Source: an uncultured bacterium
Lineage (GTDB): Bacteria; CSSED10-310; CAZUFC01
DNA length: 64,000 bases
Assembly: GCA_964619725.1 (NCBI GenBank)
Contig: CAZUFC010000022.1
Coordinates: 1 to 64,000 of the forward strand
Direction: 5' to 3'
Made by a program: the position numbers and the translations under genes
The notes under the pieces: model-generated
Told to the model about the DNA's origin: nothing
Databases searched by the model: none
Seen by the model: only the letters and a program-made list of their open reading frames with translations
Shown here: piece after piece, positions 1 through 9,701 of the stretch
Numbering within the stretch: the first letter of the stretch is position 1
Layout: the number at the start of each line of letters is the position of its first letter

Positions 1-234
1 CTTTTGGGCTGGTTGGGGGATTCAGTTGGGTTGCTTTTGGGCTGGTTGGGGGATTCAGTTGGGTTGCTTTTGGGCTGGTTGGGGGATTCAGTTGGGTTGC
101 TTTTGGGCTGGTTGGGGGATTCAGTTGGGTTGCTTTTGGGCTGGTTGGGGGATTTAGTTGGGTTGCTTTTGGGCTGGTTAGGGGATTTAGTTGGGTTGCT
201 TTTGGGCTGGTTGGGGATTTAGTTGGGTTGCTTT
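1..234. repeat. 33-bp G-rich tandem repeat (about 7 copies, runs off the window edge)
   Basis: Unit CTTTTGGGCTGGTTGGGGGATTCAGTTGGGTTG at 1, 34, 67, 100, 133, 166 and 199; last three copies carry substitutions or a 1-nt deletion; no spacers. Confidence 0.95.
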
Positions 235-502
235 ATTCAGCTTCTTCACATCCTCATACATTGACAGGTAAGAAATCTGAACTGTTTAACGAAAACACAA
301 CAATAGATTATAAAATTTCAGGACTCCGAATAATGACAATTTAACATATTGAAATCAATTGTTTTTTTTACACTGAGACTCGGTATAAAAATTGTGCACT
401 TTCCCCCCCTAAATCCGGCAGAAGAGCATTGATTTCATCGAAATTCATTGCGAGCCGTTCAAACAGAAAAGAATATTAAAGATTTAAGGGATATGTGAAG
501 GA

Positions 503-838
503 ATGAAAACGGAAAAACATAAAAAAGCGCCCGTTGAATCACAGGAACAAATTATCGACAGACTTTTATCGCATAGAGCCGATTTGAAAAGATTAGGCAT
601 AGCACGCATCGGAATATTCGGTTCATTTAGCCGGAAGCAACAAAACCCGGAAAGCGACATCGATCTTCTTGTCGATTTCCTGCCTGGACAAAAAAACTTT
701 CGCCGTTTCATGGATGCCTCATTCCCTCTGGAAGAATTATTGGGCAGGAAGGTTGAGCTTATTACTCGTGAAAGCCTGAGCATTCGCGCTGCAGAACGTA
801 TTTTAAAGGAAGTAGAAAATGTCCCTCTCTCTGAGTGA
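503..838 (+). CDS. MNT (minimal nucleotidyltransferase) antitoxin of an MNT-HEPN toxin-antitoxin pair
   Basis: GIFGSFSR...SDIDLLVDF motif (GS-x10-DxD), 111 aa, overlaps the downstream HEPN gene. Confidence 0.9.
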   Translation: MKTEKHKKAPVESQEQIIDRLLSHRADLKRLGIARIGIFGSFSRKQQNPESDIDLLVDFLPGQKNFRRFMDASFPLEELLGRKVELITRESLSIRAAERILKEVENVPLSE

Positions 839-1130
839 TTATCTTTACCACATACTCCAGGAGATAGATTTTCTCCAGGAGCATATTCGAAAAACTTCTT
901 ATGAAAAATTCAAAAAAGATGTCGTATTGCAGCGAGCTTTCGTAAGAAGCCTTGAGATTATCGGCGAAGCAGTAAAGAAAATTCCGACTGAAATCCGGAA
1001 ATCAAATCCAAATGTAGACTGGCGTGGTATAGCAGGAATGAGAGACCGCCTGATTCATGGTTATTTCCTTGTAGATTATGAAATTGTTTGGGATGTTGCG
1101 GTTAATGAAGCGCCGATTCGATGGAATTGA
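819..1130 (+). CDS. HEPN/DUF86 ribonuclease toxin (C-terminal helix possibly truncated)
   Basis: R-x4-H motif RDRLIH followed by GYFLVDYEIVWD, RSLEIIGEA; ends shortly after VWDVAVNEAP. Confidence 0.85.
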   Translation: MSLSLSDYLYHILQEIDFLQEHIRKTSYEKFKKDVVLQRAFVRSLEIIGEAVKKIPTEIRKSNPNVDWRGIAGMRDRLIHGYFLVDYEIVWDVAVNEAPIRWN

Positions 1131-1263
1131 CGGATTGTTTGAAGAAATACCTGACCAGTTCAGTCCAGAAGGGTTCAGGTTCTTCCGCGAATTTCAGGGA
1201 TTTCCTGTCGTCGTCAGTATTGTCGTTCATCATCCGATCCCCTCTCCGTCCGAAAGTTCATAG

Positions 1264-1689
1264 GTTGCGGTTCGGGAGCAGTGCGGAGATTTAAGATCGA
1301 GCGGCAGGGGTTGCGAGTTGAGTGCATATCAGAATGAAGAAGAGGTTATCGTGGGTTTCACCATCATTAACGGGGCTGCTGATTTCGGAGGCGGGATCAA
1401 ATGCATGTATGCTTCACCGACGATAATGACCTGCATAACAAAAGGGAATTCCGCCGAAGCTGGAGACGGCATTTACTGTTATCCCAAAGCTCATCCGTCA
1501 ATAACGGATTGCATCATATCGGATAATTGGGCCCTGAACGGCGGCGGGATTGACTTTTCATTCAGTTATGCTTACATCACGAAAAATGTTATTTCCGGGA
1601 ATTACGCGGACTATAACGGCGGAGGCATAAACTGTTTCGATTCAACGCCGTCGATAACCGGCTCGGTTGACGGTCGCGCCTCTGGTTGA
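1264..1689 (+). pseudogene. Internal fragment of a right-handed parallel beta-helix secreted protein
   Basis: GFTIING..GGGIKC, repeated GGGI.C..SP.I..C.I..N turns; no signal peptide, no clear start, abrupt stop. Confidence 0.7.
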
Positions 1690-1759
1690 CAGGGAGCGAA
1701 CAAAGAATTAATCTCATATGGAGAACGGATATAATCGCCGTTAATCAGGAGGTTTTTTT

Positions 1760-2530
1760 ATGAAGTTTCGGATAATGCAAGCAACAATCGTTTCAATTTT
1801 TTTGACAGCCCTGCTGGTTCCTTTTGCGGGGGCGACGAATTACTATATCGAGGAGACGCAGGAAACGCAGGAGATGATGGGTAAGCCGGCCAGGAAATCG
1901 ATGATAAAAACTTGGTTGACGCCTACGAGCATAAGGCGTGAAGATGAAGGAGCATGGACGACGACGATAGTGGACCTGAAAGAAAGAAAAATAACGTTGA
2001 TAAATCATAAGGACCGCAATTTCATGATCCTGGACAAATCGGCGCTGCGCAATTTATTCAAGATGAGCATACTGATGATGGGCGGAAAAACGGATAAAAA
2101 AGGGAATCTCGTTTTCCCGAAGGATGTCTATAAGGAAACGGGCAACAAGAAGCGCATTCGGGGATGGGATTGCTGGGAAATCCAGATGAACATAAAGGCG
2201 CCCATAAAAATGAAAGTCAATATGTGGTGCACGGATCAGATCGAGATAGACCCCCAGGTCTATATAGACATGAGCAAGAATCTGATGGGAATCACGGGCA
2301 GCTCTTACGATGAGATGTATGAAGGACTGAAAGGATTCCCGGTTCGAACAGAGAAAACCGTCAACATGGGCGGTATGGACCTGGTGACGATCACTACGGT
2401 GGACCGCATCGTAAAGGATGCCGAAGTCGAAGAAATAGAAAAGATTCCCGCTGATTATACCAAGGTGGCCGCTCCGACAACCTTTTCTCCGCCATCGGAG
2501 ACTTCGGAAGAAGAAACAAAGCAAAAATAA
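1760..2530 (+). CDS. Exported DUF4412-like protein
   Basis: Signal peptide, ETGNKKRIRGWDCWE and GFPVRT motifs typical of DUF4412; RBS AGGAGG. Confidence 0.7.
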   Translation: MKFRIMQATIVSIFLTALLVPFAGATNYYIEETQETQEMMGKPARKSMIKTWLTPTSIRREDEGAWTTTIVDLKERKITLINHKDRNFMILDKSALRNLFKMSILMMGGKTDKKGNLVFPKDVYKETGNKKRIRGWDCWEIQMNIKAPIKMKVNMWCTDQIEIDPQVYIDMSKNLMGITGSSYDEMYEGLKGFPVRTEKTVNMGGMDLVTITTVDRIVKDAEVEEIEKIPADYTKVAAPTTFSPPSETSEEETKQK

Positions 2531-2531
2531 A

Positions 2532-2933
2532 TTGCATATGGATTTAGAGCTTAAACTTGTCGTTGCAGGTTTAATTTGTCGAAACAAACGTTACCTGATA
2601 ACAAAAAGAAAAGAAGGAACGCATCTCCAGGGCTGCTGGGAATTCCCCGGAGGAAAACTTGAGAAGGGCGAATCGCCACGGGAATGTCTGGCTAGAGAGA
2701 TTTATGAGGAGCTGGGCGTTAAAGCCGACGTCGGCGAAATATTCGACGTCGTGTATTACCCGTATGAGGAATTTAATCTTCTGATGCTGATTTATCGGGT
2801 CGTCTCCATTAACGGCGAGCCGTTCGCCAAAGATGCCGCCGACATCAAATGGATACCGCCTGAACGTTTGAATCCCGAAGAGTTTCCGCCCGCCGACCGC
2901 CTGGTTATTGAAAAATTGCGTCATACGCCGTGA
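2532..2933 (+). CDS. mutT: MutT/NudG-family NUDIX (d)NTP pyrophosphohydrolase
   Basis: WEFPGGKLEKGESPRECLAREIYEELG Nudix box; C-terminal FPPAD. Confidence 0.85.
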   Translation: MHMDLELKLVVAGLICRNKRYLITKRKEGTHLQGCWEFPGGKLEKGESPRECLAREIYEELGVKADVGEIFDVVYYPYEEFNLLMLIYRVVSINGEPFAKDAADIKWIPPERLNPEEFPPADRLVIEKLRHTP

Positions 2934-4387
2934 ATCATCTGCTGAAAAAATTACTTGCTCCCCCCAATGACGAATTCCTCACCCTGCTCCTCAATATGTC
3001 ACGGAAAAAAGGCTTGAAAATTCATCTCACAGGAGGTGCGGTAAGAGACCTCCTGCTGAATAGAACAAGCCTCGATCTGGATTTCGTCGTGAACCGCAAC
3101 GCCTTATCGATCGCTGAACAGTTCGCCCGACGCATTAAAGCCGCCTTTATTCCGCTGGATGCTGAAAACGATACCGCTCGCGTCGTCTATCGGCGTCGCA
3201 GAATCTTCGATTTCGCTGGTTATCGCGGCAAGAATCTGTCGGAAGACCTTCATAAAAGAGATTTTACGATCAACAGCATCGCCGTCGCACTTGATGACCT
3301 GGTTGAAAATCGCTTTGATCCGGTAGATCCTGCCGGCGGATGCGAGGATATTAAAAAAAAACGGATTAGAACCGCGTCGCGGAACAATTTCATCGATGAC
3401 CCGCTGCGGACGCTGAGAGCATTCAGATTTAAAGCCCAGCTTCAATTCCAAATTGATGAAGATACCGGCCGGTGGCTGAGACAGATAATGACCGCAATTA
3501 ATGATGTCTCGCCCGAACGAATTGTTTATGAACTCGGACTCATTATGCGAACGGATCGCGCTGCCGCCGTCGTTGAAGAAATGACCAGCGCCGGTTTGCT
3601 GCTGATTCTCTTCCCTGAACTGGCCCCCATGAAAAATTGCCCCCAGAATTATTTCCACCATTTGAAAGTCCTCGATCACACCATTCAGGTCATGAAAAAC
3701 CTGGATGCCCTTTTACGTTCTCCAGAAGCCCCTTTTACCGATCCTTTCTTTGCAAAATTATTCAAAGATGCCGGAAGAAAAAGCCTGCTCAGATTCGCCG
3801 CCCTGTTCCACGATGCCGGTAAACCCGAAACCCTGGAATATCGAGGGACCGGCAGAATCTCCTTTCATAAGCACGCATCCCACAGCGCCCGACTCGCTTC
3901 ACAATCACTGAAACGTAAAAAAATGAGCACACGGGACGTTTCATTCATTAAAAATCTGATCCTTCTCCACATGCGGCCCATTCAGCTTCTGGAACTCTAT
4001 CAGTCCAACTCCCTCACCATTAGAGCCCTTCACAGACTCGTCAAAAAAGCCGGGGAACTCATGCCCGAAATGCTCCTCCTCTCATACGCGGATTTGAACG
4101 CAGCAAAAGGACCCGCTGCAAATCCCGCAGCCCCCGGTCTCTTCAAAAAAATGACCACAGCGGTCATTGAGCAAATATCCCGGAAAATCGAGCCGGTAAT
4201 TCAAAACCCGAAACTCGTCACCGGCAATGACCTTATCAACGTTTTCTCGCTCAAACCCGGACCTCATTTCCAAAAATTGCTCGATGCCGTAGAAATCGCA
4301 CGCATCGAAGGTACCGTGACCGACAGGGAAAGCGCCCTGGATTTCCTCCGTCAATTGTTGAAAAATAAACTTTTGAAAACAAACTGA
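2930..4387 (+). CDS. cca: Class II tRNA nucleotidyltransferase (CCA-adding/poly(A) polymerase family) with HD domain
   Basis: GGAVRD, DLDF, RDFTIN, DDPLRTLRAFRF, ALFHDAGK. Confidence 0.85.
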   Translation: MNHLLKKLLAPPNDEFLTLLLNMSRKKGLKIHLTGGAVRDLLLNRTSLDLDFVVNRNALSIAEQFARRIKAAFIPLDAENDTARVVYRRRRIFDFAGYRGKNLSEDLHKRDFTINSIAVALDDLVENRFDPVDPAGGCEDIKKKRIRTASRNNFIDDPLRTLRAFRFKAQLQFQIDEDTGRWLRQIMTAINDVSPERIVYELGLIMRTDRAAAVVEEMTSAGLLLILFPELAPMKNCPQNYFHHLKVLDHTIQVMKNLDALLRSPEAPFTDPFFAKLFKDAGRKSLLRFAALFHDAGKPETLEYRGTGRISFHKHASHSARLASQSLKRKKMSTRDVSFIKNLILLHMRPIQLLELYQSNSLTIRALHRLVKKAGELMPEMLLLSYADLNAAKGPAANPAAPGLFKKMTTAVIEQISRKIEPVIQNPKLVTGNDLINVFSLKPGPHFQKLLDAVEIARIEGTVTDRESALDFLRQLLKNKLLKTN

Positions 4388-4688
4388 TACCTGAATTCAT
4401 TGCGTCGGCCCTGCGAAGCTCTTGAAATCCTCGATTCATCAATATGTTAAAGGTATTTTTACTTTCCGTAGCGCTATTCCCCGTTAATTTAATGTTTTAC
4501 AATACGGCTTGTAAATTATTGAAAAGCTTTGGTTTAGTAAATTACAGTTGTTTTTTTGCCTCTAAAAAGGCAGGCAACTCTCTGTATTTATAGAAAAAAA
4601 ATGAAATATTAGGCCATTCAGGCGAGCCGTGGAATTCGGTTAAATAATGCAATTGCAAGGGCGGGCGAGGGATCGCCTGAAATTAAAC

Positions 4689-4717
4689 TTGACAAAAAGG
4701 CTTCAGGCAATTATATT
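4689..4717 (+). promoter_or_regulatory. Sigma70-type promoter upstream of the kamA-like gene
   Basis: TTGACA-N17-TATATT. Confidence 0.65.
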
Positions 4718-5092
4718 TTAAATGGCTATTTTGGCCGAATTTATTTAATTTCTTGCCGTGCCGCTTGATGTTCAAGATGAGTGAAGAGGTTTAATCCGGC
4801 AGGAGTCAGGACAGCCTGAAGCATCCGTCGCCGCAAACAATATGACAGTCAAAGGTATGCATTAAGGGCAAGGGAACTTTGTAAAGACGGCAGTTCATGA
4901 AGGGTATGAGACTGACGTCGGAAGTTCATCGAAGGGTGCAGGAATCGACCGAAGTAAGCTGAAGGCAGTAACGCAAATAATCAAAGGAAAGGAGAATGGT
5001 CACCAGGGAGATACGAGGACTATTTAGGTTTAAGCGAGAAGGGCGAAGCAGCGAGAGCGAGTGGCCCTTCATCGAGAAAGAGAGGAGATGAT

Positions 5093-6295
5093 GTGAGTAT
5101 GGGGCCAAAATTTTTAATACGTTTGGATCAGGTGCCGGAGATCAGCAAAGAGAGGCGACGAAGATTAAGGAAGGTGCTGGAGCGGTTTCCCTTTCGCACG
5201 AACGAGTATTACAAGTCATTAGTGAGATTTGATGATCCTCGGGACCCGATAGGAAGGATAGTAGTGCCGAGTCTGGAGGAGTTGGATAATTGGGGTAAAT
5301 TGGATGCATCGTGCGAGAATTTGTATACTCCTATGCGAGGATTGCAGCACAAATATGAGCAGACGGCCTTACTGTTAGTGAGCAATGTATGCGGTTCCAT
5401 TTGTCGATTTTGTTTTCGCAAGCGTTTATTTTTACAAGGAGCGGACGATACGCTGACAGACGTTGACGGGGCTCTGGAATACATAAGTAAACACAGTGAA
5501 ATCAACAATATACTATTAACCGGCGGCGATCCGTTGATGCTGTCTACGGGACGATTGGAGCGGATCGTAAGCGGTTTGAGAAAGATCGATCATGTTCAAA
5601 TAATCCGGCTGGGGACGAAGATGCCGGTATTCAATCCTTATCGTATAATAAACGATCCTTCTTTGCTGGAGATGATAGGGAAGTACGGCAAAGGCGACAA
5701 GCGCATTTATATAATGACTCATATCAATCATCCGCGCGAGATAACGGCGGCGGCGAAGCGCGGCGTTTCATTATTGATGAAGGCGGGCGCCAAGATAATG
5801 AACCAGACGCCTTTAATCAGGGGAGTAAACGACGATCCGCCGACGCTTTCGGAGTTATTCAACAAACTTTCTTACATAGGTGTAATGCCGTATTACGTAT
5901 TCCAGTGCAGGCCGACACTGGGCAATGCAGCCTATGCGGTACCGATAGAACGGGGATACAGGATATTTGAGCAGGCGAAGATGATGAGTGCGGGACTGGC
6001 GAAGACGGCGCGATTCGCCATGTCTCATTCAACGGGAAAGATTCAGATAGTAGCCAGGACGAACAAGCACATGATATTCAAGTATTTGCAGGCGGCGGAC
6101 CAGAAGAATCTTTCGAGGATAATGATTTTCAGAAATAATCCTGAGGCATACTGGCTGAATGATTATACCGATCCCATACTGGATCAGTACATGGAGAATC
6201 CGTTCATAAGCAGCAAAGCGATGACGAGACGAAGGAAGCTTCTGGAGAAGACCAGAACCCGTAAAAGGCAGGAGAGGTCATATTTTCATGAATGA
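5093..6295 (+). CDS. KamA-family radical SAM/PLP aminomutase (lysine 2,3-aminomutase-like)
   Basis: GLQHKY, CGSICRFCFRK (CxxxCxxC), LLTGGDPL, HINHPRE, NQTPLIRGVND, PYYVFQC, STGK (PLP lysine). Confidence 0.88.
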   Translation: MSMGPKFLIRLDQVPEISKERRRRLRKVLERFPFRTNEYYKSLVRFDDPRDPIGRIVVPSLEELDNWGKLDASCENLYTPMRGLQHKYEQTALLLVSNVCGSICRFCFRKRLFLQGADDTLTDVDGALEYISKHSEINNILLTGGDPLMLSTGRLERIVSGLRKIDHVQIIRLGTKMPVFNPYRIINDPSLLEMIGKYGKGDKRIYIMTHINHPREITAAAKRGVSLLMKAGAKIMNQTPLIRGVNDDPPTLSELFNKLSYIGVMPYYVFQCRPTLGNAAYAVPIERGYRIFEQAKMMSAGLAKTARFAMSHSTGKIQIVARTNKHMIFKYLQAADQKNLSRIMIFRNNPEAYWLNDYTDPILDQYMENPFISSKAMTRRRKLLEKTRTRKRQERSYFHE

Positions 6296-6358
6296 GGGGT
6301 ATGCCGCCCTCAATCGAAGCCTCCAGCGCCTAAAGCCTCAAAACTGCCGTCAAACTTT

Positions 6359-6389
6359 CGTTCTTCCCGTTTAGGATGCGGGAAGAGCG
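6359..6389 (+). terminator. Strong hairpin downstream of the kamA-like gene (possible terminator or processing site)
   Basis: CGTTCTTCCCG / CGGGAAGAGCG inverted repeat; no immediate U-tract. Confidence 0.4.
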
Positions 6390-6549
6390 GAGGTATGGCG
6401 ACCGTCCCGCAACTTTTTATTGCCGTAACTACTGTCCCAGTTTTTTGATCAGACCCGCAATTTTTCTGTTCTGTTTGATTTTTCTGTTCTGTTTGATTAA
6501 TGAGGTCGGAAAATGATATAAGCGGTGAATGAGAGGAGATATCCGGGTG

Positions 6550-7692
6550 ATGAAAACTGTTTTGATAAAAAAGTCTTCGTCAGAAGAGATAGAGAGCCAG
6601 GTAGGAGAAATTTTTCGATTTTTCAATTTATCGGTAAAGGGGAAGCGAGTATTGGTCAAGCCGAATATTCTGGGGCCGCATCCCCGGTCGCATCAGACGA
6701 CGACTCATCCCAAACTTGTTTCTGCAGTAGTGAAGGAAGTGCGGAAGCAGGGGGGTGAACCAACGGTAGGGGATAATCCGGGTGTAGCGGGTTATGGAAT
6801 GAATGAGAAAAGCGCTTTCGAGACGGGTATACAGGATGCTGCGGGAGGCTGTTTTAAGAATATCGGCCGGGAAAGCGTGCGGGTGAAGACTGGGGCGTCG
6901 GATTTGGGCGAGATACCGGTTTCAAGAATCGTAAAGGAAACTGATTTAATCATATCCCTGCCCCGTTTTAAAACGCATGCGTTGACTCAACTGACCGGAG
7001 CGATCAAGAATTCGTTCGGATTCATTCCGGGAGGTGAAAAAGCCCGGTTGCACGCTCGTTTTCCTGACTGGCGGACTTTTTCGGAGATAGTCGTTCATGT
7101 TTACGCTGTGCGTCCTCCCGACCTGGTGATCATGGATGCTTTTACGGCTATGGAGGGCAACGGGCCGGCGGGAGCGCCTTTACGTGAGCTGAACCGGGTG
7201 CTGGCTTCTGACGACGGAGTAAGCGTCGATGCGGTAATGGCGGAGATGGCCGGTTTAGGGAGGAAAAGATTCGTGCAGTTGGATACGGCTCATGAGCTTG
7301 GCATAGGAGAAGGGGATATTGATAATATAAAGATCGAAGGGGATTTTGTCCGTATATCGAATTTCCGTATGCCGTCACGTCCTGCGACCTGCTTTGCGGC
7401 GCCCTGGGTCAACCGGTTGGCTTTTCCGTTTTTCCATCAGTACCCCGTAATCGACGTTAAAAATTGCGTATTATGCCGGCGGTGTGCGGATAATTGTCCT
7501 GTGGAGGCCATAAAGGGAGATTTTAAACTTGAAGTCGACAAAAAGAGATGCATTTCCTGTTATTGTTGTCTGGAGAACTGTCCTGAGAATGCGATATTGA
7601 TAAAGAGGAATGCGGGAATGAGGATGGTGGATTTCGGAGTTAAAGTAAAGAATAAGCTGATAAATGCTTTCAGGAAGCAAGATGAATCCTGA
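6550..7692 (+). CDS. DUF362 protein with C-terminal 2x[4Fe-4S] ferredoxin domain
   Basis: VLVKPN, TTHP, KTH..LTGAIKN.FG, MEGNGP; CVLCRRCADNCP and CISCYCCLENCP; RBS GAGGAG before ATG 6550. Confidence 0.88.
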   Translation: MKTVLIKKSSSEEIESQVGEIFRFFNLSVKGKRVLVKPNILGPHPRSHQTTTHPKLVSAVVKEVRKQGGEPTVGDNPGVAGYGMNEKSAFETGIQDAAGGCFKNIGRESVRVKTGASDLGEIPVSRIVKETDLIISLPRFKTHALTQLTGAIKNSFGFIPGGEKARLHARFPDWRTFSEIVVHVYAVRPPDLVIMDAFTAMEGNGPAGAPLRELNRVLASDDGVSVDAVMAEMAGLGRKRFVQLDTAHELGIGEGDIDNIKIEGDFVRISNFRMPSRPATCFAAPWVNRLAFPFFHQYPVIDVKNCVLCRRCADNCPVEAIKGDFKLEVDKKRCISCYCCLENCPENAILIKRNAGMRMVDFGVKVKNKLINAFRKQDES

Positions 7693-9637
7693 TCAAGAAG
7701 AAAGGGCTGATGCTGGATTGAACAACATAATATTGGGAACGGCCGGGCATATCGATCACGGCAAAACGGAAGCGATCAAGATGCTGACGGGAATAGACAC
7801 GGACCGTTTAAAGGAGGAGAAGGAGCGGGGAATAACGATCGACATCGGTTTCGCATATCTTGATTTGCCTGATGACAGGAGATTGGGAATTATCGACGTT
7901 CCGGGACACGAAAAATTCGTAAAAAACATGCTGGCGGGAGCTGTCGGCATAGACCTGGTGCTGTTGGTGGTGGCGGCTGATGAAAGCATTATGCCTCAAA
8001 CCAGGGAGCACCTTGATATCTGCCGATTGCTGAAAGTCAGGCATGGATTGATCGCACTGACCAAATGCGACATGGTGGACGAAGAAATAAAGATGCTCGT
8101 CGAAGAGGAAGTGAGTGATTTCGTGAAGGGAACATTTCTGGAATCCGCTCCGATCGTACGTATTTCCTCGAAGACAAAGGAAGGCATAGATGAATTAAAG
8201 CGAGCCCTGATAAAGACTGTGGATAAAGTAGCGGCTCGCGAAACAGGCGGGGTCTTTCGGCTGCCCATCGACCGGGTTTTTACGATCAAGGGTTTCGGCA
8301 CAGTGGTCACGGGAACAGTCCAGTCCGGCGAAGTATCGGTGGATGATCGCATAATTATTGCTCCGCAGAACGAAAGCGCTCGCGTACGCGGCATTGAAGT
8401 ACACGAGACGAAAGTCGATAAGGCGACGGCCGGACAAAGAACTGCCCTGAATTTACAGGGAATATCGAAGCATCAGATTAAAAGAGGCCATGTAGCGACG
8501 TCGCCGGAGCATCTTCCGTCCACATATATGATCAATGCCCATATGGAAATGCTGGCTTCCGCGTCCAAACCCCTGAGCAACCGGGCGCGTATCAGGCTGC
8601 ACGCCGGCGCTCAGGAAATTATGGGACGAGTCATACTGCTGGACCGGGAAATTCTGGAACCTGCCGATCAAGGGTTCGTCCAGATCAGACTGGAACAGGA
8701 AGGCGTCTTTCTCCCGGGAGATTATTATGTGATACGATCATATTCCCCCAGCGCCACCATCGGCGGAGGCGTCATACTGGAACTGACCTCGAATAAGGCT
8801 CACCGCTTTCGCAATAAACCTCTCGAACGCCTGAAAACGCTTAAAGAGGGAAGCTTGCGAGAGAAAATAGAAAGCGTTTTTCGCAACGCCGGATTCCAGG
8901 GAATACAGGCAAAAAAAACACCCCTGCTCGTTTTCGATTCTCCTGAAAAAGTTCATCAGATCATTCAGGAAATGAAAAACAACCATCTTTTGTCCGCTTC
9001 AGAAGGCGATGCCAATCTTTACTATCATGTTGACGCTTTTAAGGAATTACGACCCGGAATAATGAAGCTGCTTGAAGATTTTCACAGGAAGAATCCTTTA
9101 GCGCAGGGCTTGAAAAAAGAAAAGCTTAAACATCTGCTTAAAACAAGAATGTCAGATGAGTTTTTTAATGACCTGATGATACGGATGCAGGAGAACGGGT
9201 CGGTGGTCTTTCAAGGGGGACTCGTCAGAAGAAGCGATTTTTCGCCTGAAATGACTGCGGAACAGGAGAAAGCTGCGGAAGATATTATCAGGATTTACCG
9301 GACAGCCGATATGGAACCCCCATTGACATCCGAAGTTTTACAAAAAATGAAAAAATCCGGGGATAATCCTGAAGAGTTAATCCGGTTTCTTCTGGTTCGC
9401 GGCGACCTCATTAAGGTACAGGAAAACTTGATTTATCACCGTGACGCAATAGAAAAAATGAAACGAATCACGCTTGAGCATCTTGAAAAAAATGAGAAAA
9501 TAACAGTAGGCGATTTCAAGGGTATATTTAAAATTACGAGAAAATTCGCTGTTCCGTTGCTGGAATACCTGGATCAGGCGAATATAACGGTCAGGAGAGG
9601 AAACGAGCGTTTTATGTCTCCTGCAGCACGAGAATGA
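7664..9637 (+). CDS. selB: Selenocysteine-specific translation elongation factor SelB
   Basis: [46 protein letters not shown]-terminal winged-helix [14 protein letters not shown]...RRGNER; true start may be slightly downstream. Confidence 0.96.
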   Translation: MLSGSKMNPDQEERADAGLNNIILGTAGHIDHGKTEAIKMLTGIDTDRLKEEKERGITIDIGFAYLDLPDDRRLGIIDVPGHEKFVKNMLAGAVGIDLVLLVVAADESIMPQTREHLDICRLLKVRHGLIALTKCDMVDEEIKMLVEEEVSDFVKGTFLESAPIVRISSKTKEGIDELKRALIKTVDKVAARETGGVFRLPIDRVFTIKGFGTVVTGTVQSGEVSVDDRIIIAPQNESARVRGIEVHETKVDKATAGQRTALNLQGISKHQIKRGHVATSPEHLPSTYMINAHMEMLASASKPLSNRARIRLHAGAQEIMGRVILLDREILEPADQGFVQIRLEQEGVFLPGDYYVIRSYSPSATIGGGVILELTSNKAHRFRNKPLERLKTLKEGSLREKIESVFRNAGFQGIQAKKTPLLVFDSPEKVHQIIQEMKNNHLLSASEGDANLYYHVDAFKELRPGIMKLLEDFHRKNPLAQGLKKEKLKHLLKTRMSDEFFNDLMIRMQENGSVVFQGGLVRRSDFSPEMTAEQEKAAEDIIRIYRTADMEPPLTSEVLQKMKKSGDNPEELIRFLLVRGDLIKVQENLIYHRDAIEKMKRITLEHLEKNEKITVGDFKGIFKITRKFAVPLLEYLDQANITVRRGNERFMSPAARE

Positions 9638-9701
9638 GATTCAAGAGTAAAAAGTTACGGTCGGTTTTGAAGCGATTTATGTTATTAAACGAGGAGGATA
9701 C

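Noticed and set aside
1-234. CRISPR array
   Set aside because: Units are contiguous with no unique spacers; no cas genes nearby
4770-4960. Lysine riboswitch (AGAGGT...GTCGCCG resemblance)
   Set aside because: Spacing and the other conserved blocks do not fit; kept only as an unclassified leader
4996-6295. RiPP precursor plus radical SAM maturase
   Set aside because: The enzyme is KamA-type with a PLP lysine and lacks SPASM/RRE features of peptide maturases
6463-6498. 18-bp tandem duplication TTTCTGTTCTGTTTGATT x2
   Set aside because: Real, but most simply a slippage duplication with no evidence of function
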